64,000 nucleotides of DNA from an uncultured Ectothiorhodospiraceae bacterium (GTDB taxonomy: Bacteria; Pseudomonadota; Gammaproteobacteria; GCA-002705445; GCA-002716945), in assembly GCA_964342155.1 (NCBI GenBank), contig CAYFEQ010000006.1, positions 2,245 through 66,244 of the forward strand. The letters run 5' to 3'. The position numbers and the translations under genes were made by a program. This document shows positions 52,665 through 63,578 of the stretch, piece by piece. The notes below the pieces were generated by a model. It saw only the letters and a program-made list of their open reading frames with translations. It did no database searches and was not told where the DNA came from. How positions within the stretch are numbered: the stretch's first letter is position 1; the number at the start of each line of letters is the position of its first letter.

Positions 52665-55085
52665 CTAGTGAGTTAGCTCTTTTTCTTTTATTGTTTTGAT
52701 CTTTTTAACTTGTATTTTAGGTTTCTTAGAAATATTCTTTTTATTTGGTAACTTAGATTTCATACCAATAGCAAAAACCTCATCAACAAATTTTACAGGG
52801 TGTATTTTTAATGCCTTTAAGATATTTTTTGGCATTTCTTTTAAGTCTTTCTCATTATCTTTAGGGATAATGACTTCTTTTATCCCGCCTCTCATTGCTG
52901 CAAGCAACTTTTCTTTAAGTCCTCCTATCTCTAAGACCTCTCCACGAAGAGTTATCTCTCCAGTCATTGCTACATCTGCTCTAACTGGTATACCTGATAG
53001 TGTCGAAGCAACAGCTAAGGCCATACTTATGCCTGCACTTGGACCATCTTTTGGTGTTGCGCCCTCAGGTACATGTATGTGTAAGTCTTTGGTATCATGA
53101 AAATCACAACTTATATCAAGTGATTTTGATCTAGTTCTTACAACTGTGATAGCTGCTTTAATAGATTCTTGCATTACATCTCCCAATTGACCTGTTTGGA
53201 TAAATTTACCCTTACCTGCCATTAGGGCACATTCAATTCTAAGTAACTCTCCACCTACAGAAGTCCATGCTAAGCCATTGACTTGACCGACTTGATCTTT
53301 ATTGTCAACGACACCAAAATTATATTTTTTAACCCCTAGGTAGTCTTCAAGGTTTTGAGGAATGATTTTGATTTTTTTACTAATTTTAGATTTCTTTATA
53401 AGTATATTTTTTACAACTTTTCTGCAAATTTTAGATATAGCTCTATCAAGTCCTCTGACTCCTGCTTCACGAGTATAATAACGAATTATTTCTTTAATTA
53501 CATTTATATTAATCGACAATTCTTTTGACTGAAGTCCATTTTGTTTGAATTGTTTTGTCGTTAAATATTTTTTTGCTATATTAACTTTTTCATCTTCTGT
53601 ATATCCTGGTAATCTAATTACTTCCATTCGGTCCAATAATGGTAATGGAATATTATCAACAGAATTTGCTGTTGCTATAAACATAACATCAGATAAGTCG
53701 AAATCAATTTCCAAGTAATGATCACTAAAACTATAATTCTGTTCTGGATCAAGTACTTCTAGTAAAGCAGATGAAGGGTCGCCTCTAAAATCCATAGCCA
53801 TTTTATCAATCTCATCAAGCAAAAATAAAGGATTGCGTTCTTTAGCTTTAGATAAATTTTGTATTACTTTGCCAGGCATAGAACCGATATAGGTTCTTCT
53901 ATGGCCTCTAATTTCTGCTTCATCACGCACACCACCAAGCGACATTTTCAAAAATTTTCTATTCGTAGCTCTTGCAATTGACATGCCAAGAGATGTCTTA
54001 CCTACCCCAGGTGGTCCTACTAGGCATAAGATTGGTCCTTTTAGTTTTTTAACTCTTTTAGTAACAGCCAAATATTCTAAAATTCTTTCTTTAACTTTTT
54101 GTAGTCCATAATGGTCATCTTCTAAAATTTTATTTGCATGTGAAATATCTGTATTAACCTTTGCTTCTTTATTCCAAGGTAAACTAATCACCGTATCGAT
54201 ATAGTTACGAACTACAGTTGCTTCTGCAGACATAGGTGACATCATTTTAAGCTTATTGTACTCTGACATAACTTTTTCATTAGCATCGGTAGGAAGACCT
54301 AAGCTTTCAATTTTATTTAATAATGAATCTAAATCATTTCCTTCCTCACCGATTTCGCCTAATTCTTTTTGAATTGCTTTCATTTGTTCATTAAGATAAT
54401 ATTCTCTCTGACTTTTTTCCATTTGTTGCTTGACTCTACCTCTTATCTTTTTTTCTACTTGCAATACATCCAATTCATTTCCCATTGAACTAATAAGGAA
54501 TTCACTACGTTCTTTAATATTAAATAATTCTAAGACTTTCTGTTTCTCATTTAATTTCAATGTCATATGTGCAGCAATGCTATCCGCTAATTTTGAAATA
54601 TCATCAATACCTGCAACCGAAGATAGTACTTCAGGTGGTACTTTTTTATTAAGCTTTACATATTGACTAAATGTATCCTCTAAAGTCCTTGAAATTGCAT
54701 CTACTTGCGTCTGGTTTAAATTAAGTTTTTCATCAATTACTGAATAATCAGCAACTAGATGTTTATCTGTATCTGACACATTGATTATTTTTGCTCTGCT
54801 CTCTCCTTCTACCAGCACCTTCATTGTTCCATCGGGCAATTTTAAAAGTTGCAATATAGTTGCAATACTACCAACTTCATATAAGTTTTCTGGATCAGGG
54901 TCATCAATTTCTGAAGATTTCTGTGTAACCAGCAATATTTTCTTATTGTGAATATTCATTGAATTTTCAAGAGCAACAATTGATTTTGGTCTACCCACAA
55001 ACAGTGGAACAACCATATTCGGGTATACAACTACATCTCTTAATGGCAGCAAAGGAATTTGATCTATTTTAGTCTTCTTAATCAT
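52665..55085 (-). CDS. lon: ATP-dependent Lon protease
   Basis: 806 aa; the LON N-domain, AAA+ GPPGVGKTS and the protease Ser-Lys dyad region PKDGPSAG. Confidence 0.95.
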   Translation of the reverse strand: MIKKTKIDQIPLLPLRDVVVYPNMVVPLFVGRPKSIVALENSMNIHNKKILLVTQKSSEIDDPDPENLYEVGSIATILQLLKLPDGTMKVLVEGESRAKIINVSDTDKHLVADYSVIDEKLNLNQTQVDAISRTLEDTFSQYVKLNKKVPPEVLSSVAGIDDISKLADSIAAHMTLKLNEKQKVLELFNIKERSEFLISSMGNELDVLQVEKKIRGRVKQQMEKSQREYYLNEQMKAIQKELGEIGEEGNDLDSLLNKIESLGLPTDANEKVMSEYNKLKMMSPMSAEATVVRNYIDTVISLPWNKEAKVNTDISHANKILEDDHYGLQKVKERILEYLAVTKRVKKLKGPILCLVGPPGVGKTSLGMSIARATNRKFLKMSLGGVRDEAEIRGHRRTYIGSMPGKVIQNLSKAKERNPLFLLDEIDKMAMDFRGDPSSALLEVLDPEQNYSFSDHYLEIDFDLSDVMFIATANSVDNIPLPLLDRMEVIRLPGYTEDEKVNIAKKYLTTKQFKQNGLQSKELSININVIKEIIRYYTREAGVRGLDRAISKICRKVVKNILIKKSKISKKIKIIPQNLEDYLGVKKYNFGVVDNKDQVGQVNGLAWTSVGGELLRIECALMAGKGKFIQTGQLGDVMQESIKAAITVVRTRSKSLDISCDFHDTKDLHIHVPEGATPKDGPSAGISMALAVASTLSGIPVRADVAMTGEITLRGEVLEIGGLKEKLLAAMRGGIKEVIIPKDNEKDLKEMPKNILKALKIHPVKFVDEVFAIGMKSKLPNKKNISKKPKIQVKKIKTIKEKELTH

Positions 55086-55128
55086 ATTATTCGTTATCTT
55101 ATTATTGGGGCAAAATATAAATTTTCAA

Positions 55129-56397
55129 CTATTCTTTTGACCCTGCTTTTGTTTTCTTATTCTTTCCATAAATTAACAGTGGGTTTTTAGTTGCCTCTAC
55201 GACACTTTTATCGATTACTACCTTAGATATATCTGGCGTAGATGGTAAATCATACATTGTATCAAGCAATATTTTTTCCAGCAGAGTCCTAAGGCCTCTT
55301 GCTCCCGTCTTTCTTTCCATTGCTTTTTTTGAAATACTAAGTAGAGCATCTTTTCTGAACTCCAATTCACAGTTTTCCATTTGAAATAATCGATGATATT
55401 GCTTAACTAAAGCATTTTTTGGTTCAGTTAGAATTTTTATCAAACTATTTTCATCTAATTCTGCTAATGTTGCAATAACTGGTAATCTACCTACAAACTC
55501 TGGGATTAAACCATATTTAATTAGATCTTCAGGGCCAACACTATTTAGCGCTTCAAAGAAATGTAAGTTATCACTTTTCTCACGTACAGTTGCAGAAAAA
55601 CCTATTCCTGATTTATCGGTTCTTTCTTGGATTATTTTGTCTAATCCTGCAAATGCTCCTCCGACAATAAATAAAATATTAGAAGTATTAACTTGTAAAA
55701 ATTCCTGTTGAGGGTGCTTTCTACCGCCTTGAGGTGGTACAGAAGCAACAGTTCCTTCTATTAGTTTGAGTAGCGCTTGTTGCACTCCCTCTCCTGAAAC
55801 ATCTCGTGTGATTGATGGGTTATCAGATTTTTTTGAGATTTTATCAATTTCATCTATATATACAATTCCAGTTTGAGCTTTTTCGACATCATATTCACAA
55901 TTTTGTAAAAGTTTTTGAATTATATTCTCTACATCCTCTCCTACATATCCAGCTTCTGTTAATGTTGTGGCATCAGCAATTGTGAATGGAACGTTAAGAA
56001 GCCTTGCAAGTGTCTCAGCTAATAGAGTTTTACCACAACCAGTCGGACCTATGAGCAATATATTACTTTTATTTAGTTCAACAGAGTTTTTTGAAACTTT
56101 TGAGTTTAATCTTTTATAATGATTATATACTGCAACAGACAATACTTTCTTTGCATGCTCTTGCCCTATGACATATTCATCTAAAAAACTTTTTATTTCA
56201 CTCGGTTTTGGTAAACTTTCCCTTGATTGTAAAGATTTTTCTTCTTGTTCTTCTTTTATAATCTCATTACATAGTTCTACACATTCATCACAAATAAAAA
56301 CTGATGGTCCCGCAATAAGTTTATTAACTTCATTCTGGTTTTTACCACAAAATGAACAATGCAGTAATTTATTTGAATCTTTGATATCAGTATCCAT
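55129..56397 (-). CDS. clpX: ATP-dependent Clp protease ATP-binding subunit ClpX
   Basis: Zinc-finger CSFCGK..CDEC and AAA+ GPTGCGKT; 422 aa. Confidence 0.95.
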   Translation of the reverse strand: MDTDIKDSNKLLHCSFCGKNQNEVNKLIAGPSVFICDECVELCNEIIKEEQEEKSLQSRESLPKPSEIKSFLDEYVIGQEHAKKVLSVAVYNHYKRLNSKVSKNSVELNKSNILLIGPTGCGKTLLAETLARLLNVPFTIADATTLTEAGYVGEDVENIIQKLLQNCEYDVEKAQTGIVYIDEIDKISKKSDNPSITRDVSGEGVQQALLKLIEGTVASVPPQGGRKHPQQEFLQVNTSNILFIVGGAFAGLDKIIQERTDKSGIGFSATVREKSDNLHFFEALNSVGPEDLIKYGLIPEFVGRLPVIATLAELDENSLIKILTEPKNALVKQYHRLFQMENCELEFRKDALLSISKKAMERKTGARGLRTLLEKILLDTMYDLPSTPDISKVVIDKSVVEATKNPLLIYGKNKKTKAGSKE

Positions 56398-56476
56398 GTA
56401 TATATTCCTTACCTAGAATTATACATCTCATTTACCATATTGTAAAAAAATAAAGAAAGTAGTTAAATTATGGTAT

Positions 56477-57094
56477 TTATTTCTTTTTTAGGGGTCTAGT
56501 TTGAAGAATACTATCGATAATTCCATACTTTTTTGCCTCACTTGCTATCATGAAATTATCCCTTTCTGTATCAACCTGTATTTGTTTAAGTGATTGGCCT
56601 GTATTTTTTGATAAAATTTCATTCAATCTTGATCTTATATTTAAAATCTCTTTTGCTTGTATATCAAAGTCAGTTGCTTGGCCTTGGAATGAACCAATAG
56701 GTTGATGTATCATTACTCTAGAATTAGGTAAAGCATGTCTTTTTTTCTTAGCACCACCAGATAATAATACTGCTCCCATACTAGCGGCTTGACCTATACA
56801 CAGGGTACTTACATCTGGGTTAATAAATTGCATAGTATCATATATTGACATACCTGCTGTCACAGAACCCCCTGGAGAGTTAATATATAAATGAATATCT
56901 TTAGTTGGGTTCTCAGATTCTAAAAAAAGTAATTGAGCAACTATTAAATTTGCAGCATGGTCATCTAAAGCCCCTACAAGAAAAATTATTCGTTCTTTTA
57001 AAAGACGAGAATAAATGTCATAGGCTCTTTCACCTCTTGAGGTTTGCTCTACAACCATAGGGACTAAATTATTTTTTATTTCATTCTTTCCCAT
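56477..57094 (-). CDS. clpP: ATP-dependent Clp protease proteolytic subunit
   Basis: 205 aa; catalytic Ser region GQAASMGA and His/Asp. Confidence 0.95.
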   Translation of the reverse strand: MGKNEIKNNLVPMVVEQTSRGERAYDIYSRLLKERIIFLVGALDDHAANLIVAQLLFLESENPTKDIHLYINSPGGSVTAGMSIYDTMQFINPDVSTLCIGQAASMGAVLLSGGAKKKRHALPNSRVMIHQPIGSFQGQATDFDIQAKEILNIRSRLNEILSKNTGQSLKQIQVDTERDNFMIASEAKKYGIIDSILQTRPLKKK

Positions 57095-58399
57095 TTAATT
57101 CATTACCTCTGTAAAACTTTTTTTAATTTTATTAAGTTTACATTTTTCCTTTATATGCTTAATAATATCATTTTCTAGGATTTGGTTCTTTATTTGATTT
57201 AAATATTTTTCATCTTTTTTAATTTTTTCTATTATAGACTCAGACTCAGTTGGATATTTTTTTGCAATAAAAGTATATACATCTTGTTCATTTATGTTAA
57301 TTTTTATTTGATCAGCGATTTTCATATAAAGTAAATTTAGTTTAGCTCTTTTTATTGCTACTCTTTCTAGCTCTAATTTTGTTACATCATCAATTTTCTT
57401 CATCATTCCTTGATATTGATTAGTTATGGATTGTTTCTCTGATTCAATCATATATTTTGGTATTTCAAATTTATTTGATTCTACTAATGCATGGTTTATT
57501 GATGCAGTTTTATGAGAATTTATTTTTTCTTCTAACTCATGCTCCATATGTTTTAAAATATTTTCTCTAAATTCTTTCTCGTTAGAGCCCTTTAAACCAA
57601 ATTTACTAAAAAAATCATTATTAAGTTCTGGGAGTATGCCTTTGTATACTGACTTGATAGTTATATTGTATTTTGCCTCTTTTCCAGCTATATTTTTGTC
57701 TGGAAAATTTACAGGTAATTTGTATAAGAATTCTTTTTTAGTTCCAGTTATTTGACCTGTAACAGATTTATAGAATTCATTATATAAACCAACTGTCGCT
57801 ATATCCCCTTTTACTTTTTCATCAATTATCAATGTAAAATCTTTTTGATTACTACCTTCAAATGTTTTATTTTCTACCAGAGCTTCGTAATCAATAATTA
57901 CTTTGTCACCAGAAATAGCTTTTTCTTTAGTTCTCTCCCACTTTGTGTGTTGCTTTTGTATATTTTTTATTACATCATCTATATCTGTATCTTTTATATC
58001 AACTTCATATTCTTCTACATCCATATTAGATAAGTCTTCAATTTCAAATGTCGGAATAATCTCAAATTTTACAGTAAAAACAAAATCATTTTCAAAAGAT
58101 GGTTCTGTGTCAATAGATAACTTTGGGGGGCTAGCTGTTTTAAGATTATTTTCTGATAAAACTTTTTGAAGATTAGTTTCGACTAAATCATTAATTGAGT
58201 CTTTGTGTATTTGATTTTTATATTTACTCAAAATAAGCTTGTCTGGTACCTTGCCGGAGCGAAAACCATCAAATTTAGCTTTAGTTTTGTATTCAAGCAA
58301 ATATTTATCAAAGGTGGATTTATAACCTTGTTTTGGTACTGTTATTGTAACAGCTCGCTCAAGTCCGTCTAAAACATTGATTTTAGTCGCAATATTCAT
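57095..58399 (-). CDS. tig: Trigger factor
   Basis: 434 aa; the N-terminal ribosome-binding GFRxGxxP motif (DGFRSGKVP) and an FKBP domain; upstream of clpP. Confidence 0.9.
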   Translation of the reverse strand: MNIATKINVLDGLERAVTITVPKQGYKSTFDKYLLEYKTKAKFDGFRSGKVPDKLILSKYKNQIHKDSINDLVETNLQKVLSENNLKTASPPKLSIDTEPSFENDFVFTVKFEIIPTFEIEDLSNMDVEEYEVDIKDTDIDDVIKNIQKQHTKWERTKEKAISGDKVIIDYEALVENKTFEGSNQKDFTLIIDEKVKGDIATVGLYNEFYKSVTGQITGTKKEFLYKLPVNFPDKNIAGKEAKYNITIKSVYKGILPELNNDFFSKFGLKGSNEKEFRENILKHMEHELEEKINSHKTASINHALVESNKFEIPKYMIESEKQSITNQYQGMMKKIDDVTKLELERVAIKRAKLNLLYMKIADQIKININEQDVYTFIAKKYPTESESIIEKIKKDEKYLNQIKNQILENDIIKHIKEKCKLNKIKKSFTEVMN

Positions 58400-58401
58400 A
58401 A

Positions 58402-58668
58402 TTAATTACATTTGAAAGTTAAAAGATATTTATCATTTTCAAACGTATTATCTTCTACTTCCTCACGAATTACCATAAATTCTTTAGACATGCATTTATT
58501 TTTTGCCAACTCTAGACACTCTTCCTCTTCTTCAGATAGACACATCATTTGTTCACCAGACATTATAAGTTTAGCCTTAGTAGAAGTAGCACTACTGGGT
58601 AAATCTTTAGTAGCACAAGCAGATAAAGTTATCAGCATAAATAATAAAGTATATATAGTCTTTTTCAT
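58402..58668 (-). CDS. Small Cys-rich predicted lipoprotein, unknown function
   Basis: 88 aa with a lipobox LSAC and four additional Cys (C..EEEEEC..C..C). It is co-directional and nearly abutting tig. Confidence 0.5.
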   Translation of the reverse strand: MKKTIYTLLFMLITLSACATKDLPSSATSTKAKLIMSGEQMMCLSEEEEECLELAKNKCMSKEFMVIREEVEDNTFENDKYLLTFKCN

Positions 58669-58696
58669 TGTTATTGTCCTAAAATTAATTTGAGAT

Positions 58697-58779
<83 letters not shown>

Positions 58780-58863
58780 AACATTAATTCATATATAAAG
58801 TTAATATATTTATATAAAGACAATAATATCATTAAATTTCAAAACTTTTCTATAAGAAAATAT

Positions 58864-60537
58864 TTAATCAATATTCTTTTTTATATATTCCTTCAAATAT
58901 AATCCATTTTTTAGGGATAATTTAATTTCATCTAAATATTCAGCATTTAAATTATCTGAAACAATAAAATTCTCTATTTGATTTATATTTTCAGCAAACG
59001 GTATTTTAATATTATCAAAAAGATGTATAGGCTTATCCTTATTTTGTCCTGATGTAGCACTTGAGTTTTTATAAACAATAAAAGGTATACCATGTATTGC
59101 GGCATATAAAATCCCAGTTGTCCAAGTCATAAAAATTATTTTTTTATGCTCAACCATTAATGATTGACTGTTTAGAAAAGGATTTGAAATATCAATTTTA
59201 TATTTAATCAATTCTTCAACTCTATTTCTTTGTAAGAGCATAGTGGATGAAGAGTCAATCCTAGTTGTTTGGTTTTTTAGTTCATGGTATTTCCATGTTG
59301 CATGAAGATTATACTTTTTCATTAGAGTTGCTAAATCAAGAATATGTTCTTCGAAAGAGTTAAGATCTATTCGATCTCCATGCCCTAACATAATCAGCAA
59401 ATTTTTTCTTTTCTCCTTATTGTTTTTTATTATTCCTAAAGGAAATCTTATAATTTCTGTATTCCAACCTTTGCTACGTAATTCTGTTGATGACTCTTGA
59501 TTCCAAGCTAGTAGCTTTGTTGGTAAATAATTTGCATCCTGAATGTAAGGGTAGTCACTCTCGGAATATAAGCCATGCGGCAAGTGTTCAACTAAAATAT
59601 TATTATTTCTTGCAATGTGTGTAACTAATCTTCTAAGTGGTGTATTGGTGTCATCAGTGATAATTTTCTTAGTGCAAGAACTAATTAACAAAGTTTCTAT
59701 TTTTGATGACAAATTTTCAAGATAATCGTAAGAATAATAATTTAGAAAATTATCTACTATTAATTGTATAATTTGAATTTGATCATCACGGAAAAAATTC
59801 CAATTTTTTTTATCCAATTGATTACTATCTAAATTAGGTCTCATAAAGTCCTTATAAAATTCACGAACATTATTTTTTGAGAATAAACCAACTATCAATA
59901 ATTTAATCCAATTAGTGATTTTTAAATAACTAATACGAAATAATGTAAGAGATTTATCTTTTACCTGAGAATCAAAAACAAATATCTTATGATTGGTAAG
60001 TTGAAGAGCTTTTCCTATGAGATATAATAGGATATTGGTTTTATCAAGTGTATTGCTTGATGGTATATCACTCGCAATTAATTGGCTGTGTGAATAACTA
60101 AATTTAGGTGCTGGCCGATCATTATATTTTACATTTAATCCATTTTTTTTAACTATATTTTCAATAGCATATTTGAATAGTATTGATATAGAAGAGCTTG
60201 CTTCTATAGTCTTTATATTTGGATATTTTTTAATTAATGCCTGGAATCGATTATATATAGCATTATATTGTATTAATATTCTATAAATAAATGTAAATGA
60301 CAAAAATAACCATTTAAAATTTTCTTTATCTTGAGATTCTTTATAAAGAGATTTCTCTATATTATCTATTTCTTCTTCTTCATTCATTATATTATCTAAA
60401 GAAAAAAAATAATCGATATTAGTATATTCTTTTATTAATCTTTTATAACAAGATTTTGAGAACGTCATGTATAGGGTGTCACTATTTGATGAAATTTGCT
60501 TCGGGTCGTCTATTAATATTACTTTTGATTGTTTCAT
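58864..60537 (-). CDS. Hypothetical 557-aa protein; the C-terminal half resembles GT-B-fold capsule/LPS-type transferases (KpsC/KpsS- or TagF-like)
   Basis: A long ORF with local codon usage. The C-terminal segment KKIIFMTWTTGILYAAIHGIPFIVY resembles the last Rossmann strand-helix of KpsS/KpsC-type enzymes. I recognise no clear family signature in the N-terminal half. Confidence 0.35.
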   Translation of the reverse strand: MKQSKVILIDDPKQISSNSDTLYMTFSKSCYKRLIKEYTNIDYFFSLDNIMNEEEEIDNIEKSLYKESQDKENFKWLFLSFTFIYRILIQYNAIYNRFQALIKKYPNIKTIEASSSISILFKYAIENIVKKNGLNVKYNDRPAPKFSYSHSQLIASDIPSSNTLDKTNILLYLIGKALQLTNHKIFVFDSQVKDKSLTLFRISYLKITNWIKLLIVGLFSKNNVREFYKDFMRPNLDSNQLDKKNWNFFRDDQIQIIQLIVDNFLNYYSYDYLENLSSKIETLLISSCTKKIITDDTNTPLRRLVTHIARNNNILVEHLPHGLYSESDYPYIQDANYLPTKLLAWNQESSTELRSKGWNTEIIRFPLGIIKNNKEKRKNLLIMLGHGDRIDLNSFEEHILDLATLMKKYNLHATWKYHELKNQTTRIDSSSTMLLQRNRVEELIKYKIDISNPFLNSQSLMVEHKKIIFMTWTTGILYAAIHGIPFIVYKNSSATSGQNKDKPIHLFDNIKIPFAENINQIENFIVSDNLNAEYLDEIKLSLKNGLYLKEYIKKNID

Positions 60538-60573
60538 ATTTTTGAAATTGTTATATAGGTAAGAATTTTATGG

Positions 60574-60646
60574 GTGGACGATGGGATTTGAACCCACGAC
60601 AACTGGTACCACAAACCAGGGCTCTACCGCTGAGCTACGCCCACCA
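60574..60646 (-). tRNA. tRNA-His (anticodon GTG) with the extra 5' G(-1)
   Basis: Reverse complement reads GGTGGGCGTAGCTCAGCGGTAGAGCCCTGGTTTGTGGTACCAGTTGTCGTGGGTTCAAATCCCATCGTCCACCC, close to E. coli hisR. Confidence 0.85.
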
Positions 60647-60669
60647 TAATAAAATTTTAACATATATTA

Positions 60670-60744
60670 CGCGCCTGGAAGGATTCGAACCTCCGACCTC
60701 ATCGTTCGTAGCGATGCACTCTAATCCAACTGAGCTACAGGCGC
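60670..60744 (-). tRNA. tRNA-Arg (anticodon ACG)
   Basis: Reverse complement reads GCGCCTGTAGCTCAGTTGGATTAGAGTGCATCGCTACGAACGATGAGGTCGGAGGTTCGAATCCTTCCAGGCGC. Confidence 0.85.
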
Positions 60745-60749
60745 AAATT

Positions 60750-60823
60750 TCGGGGTGATAGGATTCGAACCTACGACCTACTGGTCCCAAACCAGCCGCG
60801 CTACCAAGCTGCGCTACACCCCG
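60750..60823 (-). tRNA. tRNA-Pro (anticodon TGG)
   Basis: Reverse complement reads CGGGGTGTAGCGCAGCTTGGTAGCGCGGCTGGTTTGGGACCAGTAGGTCGTAGGTTCGAATCCTATCACCCCG. Confidence 0.85.
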
Positions 60824-60835
60824 GAACATTAGACT

Positions 60836-60868
60836 ATTATACATATCATAATTAAATTTGAAATTATA
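60836..60868 (-). promoter_or_regulatory. Candidate promoter for the tRNA Pro-Arg-His cluster (minus-strand TATAAT about 12 nt upstream of the tRNA-Pro 5' end)
   Basis: Minus strand reads ..TTTCAAATTTAATTATGATATGTATAATAGTCTAATGTTCC then GGGG (tRNA). AT-rich context makes this uncertain. Confidence 0.25.
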
Positions 60869-60870
60869 AG

Positions 60871-62205
60871 TTACTTTATCTTCCAAACAGTCTTATCTTT
60901 CAAATCCTCAATTTCTATATTCATTTGATTAAGTTTTTTCCTAATCTTGTCAGCTTTGCCAAAGTCTTTATTTCTTCTAGCTAGATTTCTTTCATCAATT
61001 AATTTTATTATTAGGTCTTCATCTATTTCTGTAATTGATTTAGTTTTCTCAAAATTCAAACCTAAAAAATTACATGATAATATAAAGTTTCTCTTATCAG
61101 TTGGATTAAGTTTTGCTTTTTTTGATAAAGAAGATAAATAGGTTATTGCTTGAGGAGTATTTAAATCATCAGCAAGAATAGATAATAATTCATTATCATT
61201 TTCATCATCGTCTATTGGATCACTTTGTTCATAAATGTTTAAAAATTTTTTTGCTAGATTGGATGAATCATTAACCGTATTGTCAGTCCAATTCAAAGGT
61301 TGCCTGTAATGCGCAGACATAAGGGCAAGTCTAATTGTTAATGGGGATTCTTTTTTAAGGATTTCGTTAATCAGTATTACATTACCAAGAGATTTAGACA
61401 TCTTCTTTTTATTAACAAGTACAATTCCATTATGAAACCAGTAATTACAATATTTTACTTGTTTCATACAAAAACCTTGTGCAATTTCATTCTCATGGTG
61501 TGGAAAAATTAAATCATTTCCTCCACCATGTATGTCTAAAGTAGTATCCATTCCAATTATTTTTTTTATCATACTGGTGCATTCAATATGCCAGCCTGGT
61601 CGCCCATAACCCCATGGGCTATCCCACCCTGGCTGATTATTAATTGAAGGTTTCCACAATACAAAATCCCTTGGTGATTTTTTATAAGACGCTACTTCAA
61701 TTCTAACGCCATCGATCATTTCATCTAAGGTACGATTAGATAATTTCCCATAATCAGAAAATTTTTCGGTATTGAATAGTACATGATCTTCAGCTATATA
61801 TGTATAGCCACTGTTGATAATATTTTGTATAACCTCAATGATAGAAGAAATGTTCTCTGTAACCCTTGGTTCATATGTAGGATTAAGCAGTCCTAGTGCC
61901 TGCATATTTTGCTGATATATTTTTGTGTATTCATCACTAACATCAGAGACAGTTTTTTTTCTCTTTATGGCTGAGTCTATTATCTTGTCATCAACATCAG
62001 TAATGTTGCGTATGTAATTAACTTCATTATATTGACTTTTTAATAAACGAAATAATATATCTGGTATAAGGGCTGCACGAGCATTACCTATGTGTGGTTC
62101 GCTGTAGACTGTTGGCCCACATACATACATGTTTACACATTGTTCGTTTATAGGCTTAAATATTTCTTTTTTTCTGGTTAAAGTATTAAATATTTTTATC
62201 TTCAT
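60871..62205 (-). CDS. cysS: Cysteinyl-tRNA synthetase
   Basis: HIGN motif (EPHIGNARA), KMSKS (KKMSKSLGN), 444 aa. Confidence 0.9.
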   Translation of the reverse strand: MKIKIFNTLTRKKEIFKPINEQCVNMYVCGPTVYSEPHIGNARAALIPDILFRLLKSQYNEVNYIRNITDVDDKIIDSAIKRKKTVSDVSDEYTKIYQQNMQALGLLNPTYEPRVTENISSIIEVIQNIINSGYTYIAEDHVLFNTEKFSDYGKLSNRTLDEMIDGVRIEVASYKKSPRDFVLWKPSINNQPGWDSPWGYGRPGWHIECTSMIKKIIGMDTTLDIHGGGNDLIFPHHENEIAQGFCMKQVKYCNYWFHNGIVLVNKKKMSKSLGNVILINEILKKESPLTIRLALMSAHYRQPLNWTDNTVNDSSNLAKKFLNIYEQSDPIDDDENDNELLSILADDLNTPQAITYLSSLSKKAKLNPTDKRNFILSCNFLGLNFEKTKSITEIDEDLIIKLIDERNLARRNKDFGKADKIRKKLNQMNIEIEDLKDKTVWKIK

Positions 62206-62232
62206 GCTATGATAATTATGTTTGATAGAATT

Positions 62233-62832
62233 ATGAAATCTAAATCTCTTTTTTTAACATTATCATATTTTTTACTTCTATTTTCCTTTGTTTCCTGTAA
62301 TAGTATACAGGAATCAAGAAAAAACGAGGATATAAAGTTGGTCAAACTAGAAACTAATAAGGGAGTGATTAGTATTAAACTTTTCAATGATAAAGCTCCT
62401 GAAACAGTCAAAAATTTTTTATATTATGCTGAAAATGGACACTATGAAGGCACTATTTTCCATAGAGTTATCAAAGGCTTTATGATACAGGGTGGCGGTC
62501 ATCTACCAGATATGTCGTCAATCAACTCAATTGCGCCTGTTGTAAATGAATCTAATAATAATCTAAAGAATAAAAAAGGGACTATCGCTATGGCTAGAAC
62601 AATGGACCCTCATTCCGCTACATCACAATTTTTTATAAATTTAGTTACAAATGAATTTCTTGATAAAGAAAATGCTCAGGATGGATATGGTTATTGTGTT
62701 TTTGGTGAAGTAATTGATGGAATGGAGATTGTTGAAAGTATTGGTATGGTTGATACTGAAAATAAATCTGGGCATTCTGATGTACCGATAGAAAACATAA
62801 CAATAAATAAAATTGAAGTTATTAATCAGTAA
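62233..62832 (+). CDS. ppiA: Peptidyl-prolyl cis-trans isomerase, cyclophilin type, with a signal/lipoprotein-like N-terminus
   Basis: Cyclophilin core (FHRVIKGFMIQGGG). The likely start is MKSKSLFLTLSYFLLLFSFVSCN; the track ORF begins 24 nt earlier at 62209. It occupies the ppiB position between cysS and lpxH. Confidence 0.8.
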   Translation: MKSKSLFLTLSYFLLLFSFVSCNSIQESRKNEDIKLVKLETNKGVISIKLFNDKAPETVKNFLYYAENGHYEGTIFHRVIKGFMIQGGGHLPDMSSINSIAPVVNESNNNLKNKKGTIAMARTMDPHSATSQFFINLVTNEFLDKENAQDGYGYCVFGEVIDGMEIVESIGMVDTENKSGHSDVPIENITINKIEVINQ

Positions 62833-62834
62833 AT

Positions 62835-63578
62835 ATGTCAACTCTTTTTATATCTGATCTACATTTAGATAGAAATAGACCTGAAATAATAGACTATTTT
62901 GTAGATGCTCTCACAAATCTTGAAAAAAATATATCATCAATATATATATTGGGTGATCTAGTAGAATATTGGGTGGGTGACGATGATCCAGGAAAAGGAT
63001 TAGAAAAAGCTTTTAATGCAATACAAAAAAAATCTACTACTACACGTATTTATTTTATGCATGGAAACAGAGACTTCCTTATTAGTGATAAATTTTGTAA
63101 AAAATATGGTATGGAATTAATAGATGATCCAACTGTTATTGAGTTATCTGGAAAAAAAATCTTATTAATGCATGGTGATACCTTATGTACTGATGATATA
63201 AAGTATCAAAATTATAGAAAGTTAGTCCGATCCAAAGAATGGCAAGTTGAAATGCTAAAAAAAACACTTGAAGAAAGATTGTCTATTGCAGAAGAGTTAA
63301 GAAAAAAAAGCCAAGAAGAAATTAAAAATAAAGAAGATGATATTATGGATGTCAATAATCACGCGGTTGAAGAAATTATCAAACAATACCAAGTTGATAT
63401 ATTAATTCATGGTCATACACATAGACCAAATATACATGAATTGGAAATTAATAATAAGAATGTAAAAAGGCTTGTGCTGGGTGATTGGTATAAAAGCGCG
63501 TATTTGCTGAAATATGAGAATGAAAAAATTATTATAGATAAAAAAAGTCTTATTAATCAAAAAGTTCATAACTCATAA
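62835..63578 (+). CDS. lpxH: UDP-2,3-diacylglucosamine pyrophosphatase
   Basis: Calcineurin-like metallophosphoesterase motifs: ISDLHLD, GDLVEYWVGDD, GNRD and GHTHRP; 247 aa. Confidence 0.85.
   Translation: MSTLFISDLHLDRNRPEIIDYFVDALTNLEKNISSIYILGDLVEYWVGDDDPGKGLEKAFNAIQKKSTTTRIYFMHGNRDFLISDKFCKKYGMELIDDPTVIELSGKKILLMHGDTLCTDDIKYQNYRKLVRSKEWQVEMLKKTLEERLSIAEELRKKSQEEIKNKEDDIMDVNNHAVEEIIKQYQVDILIHGHTHRPNIHELEINNKNVKRLVLGDWYKSAYLLKYENEKIIIDKKSLINQKVHNS

Noticed and set aside
52696-53100. 134-aa plus-strand ORF
   Set aside because: It is antisense to the lon protease domain and is an artefact of a long coding region.
60570-60886. Track ORFs 60570-60758 (+) and 60635-60886 (-), translated as MGGRWDLNPRQ... 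and MEDKVTYNF...
   Set aside because: They lie entirely over the three tRNA genes (His, Arg, Pro). Translation of tRNA sequence gives these typical artefact ORFs.
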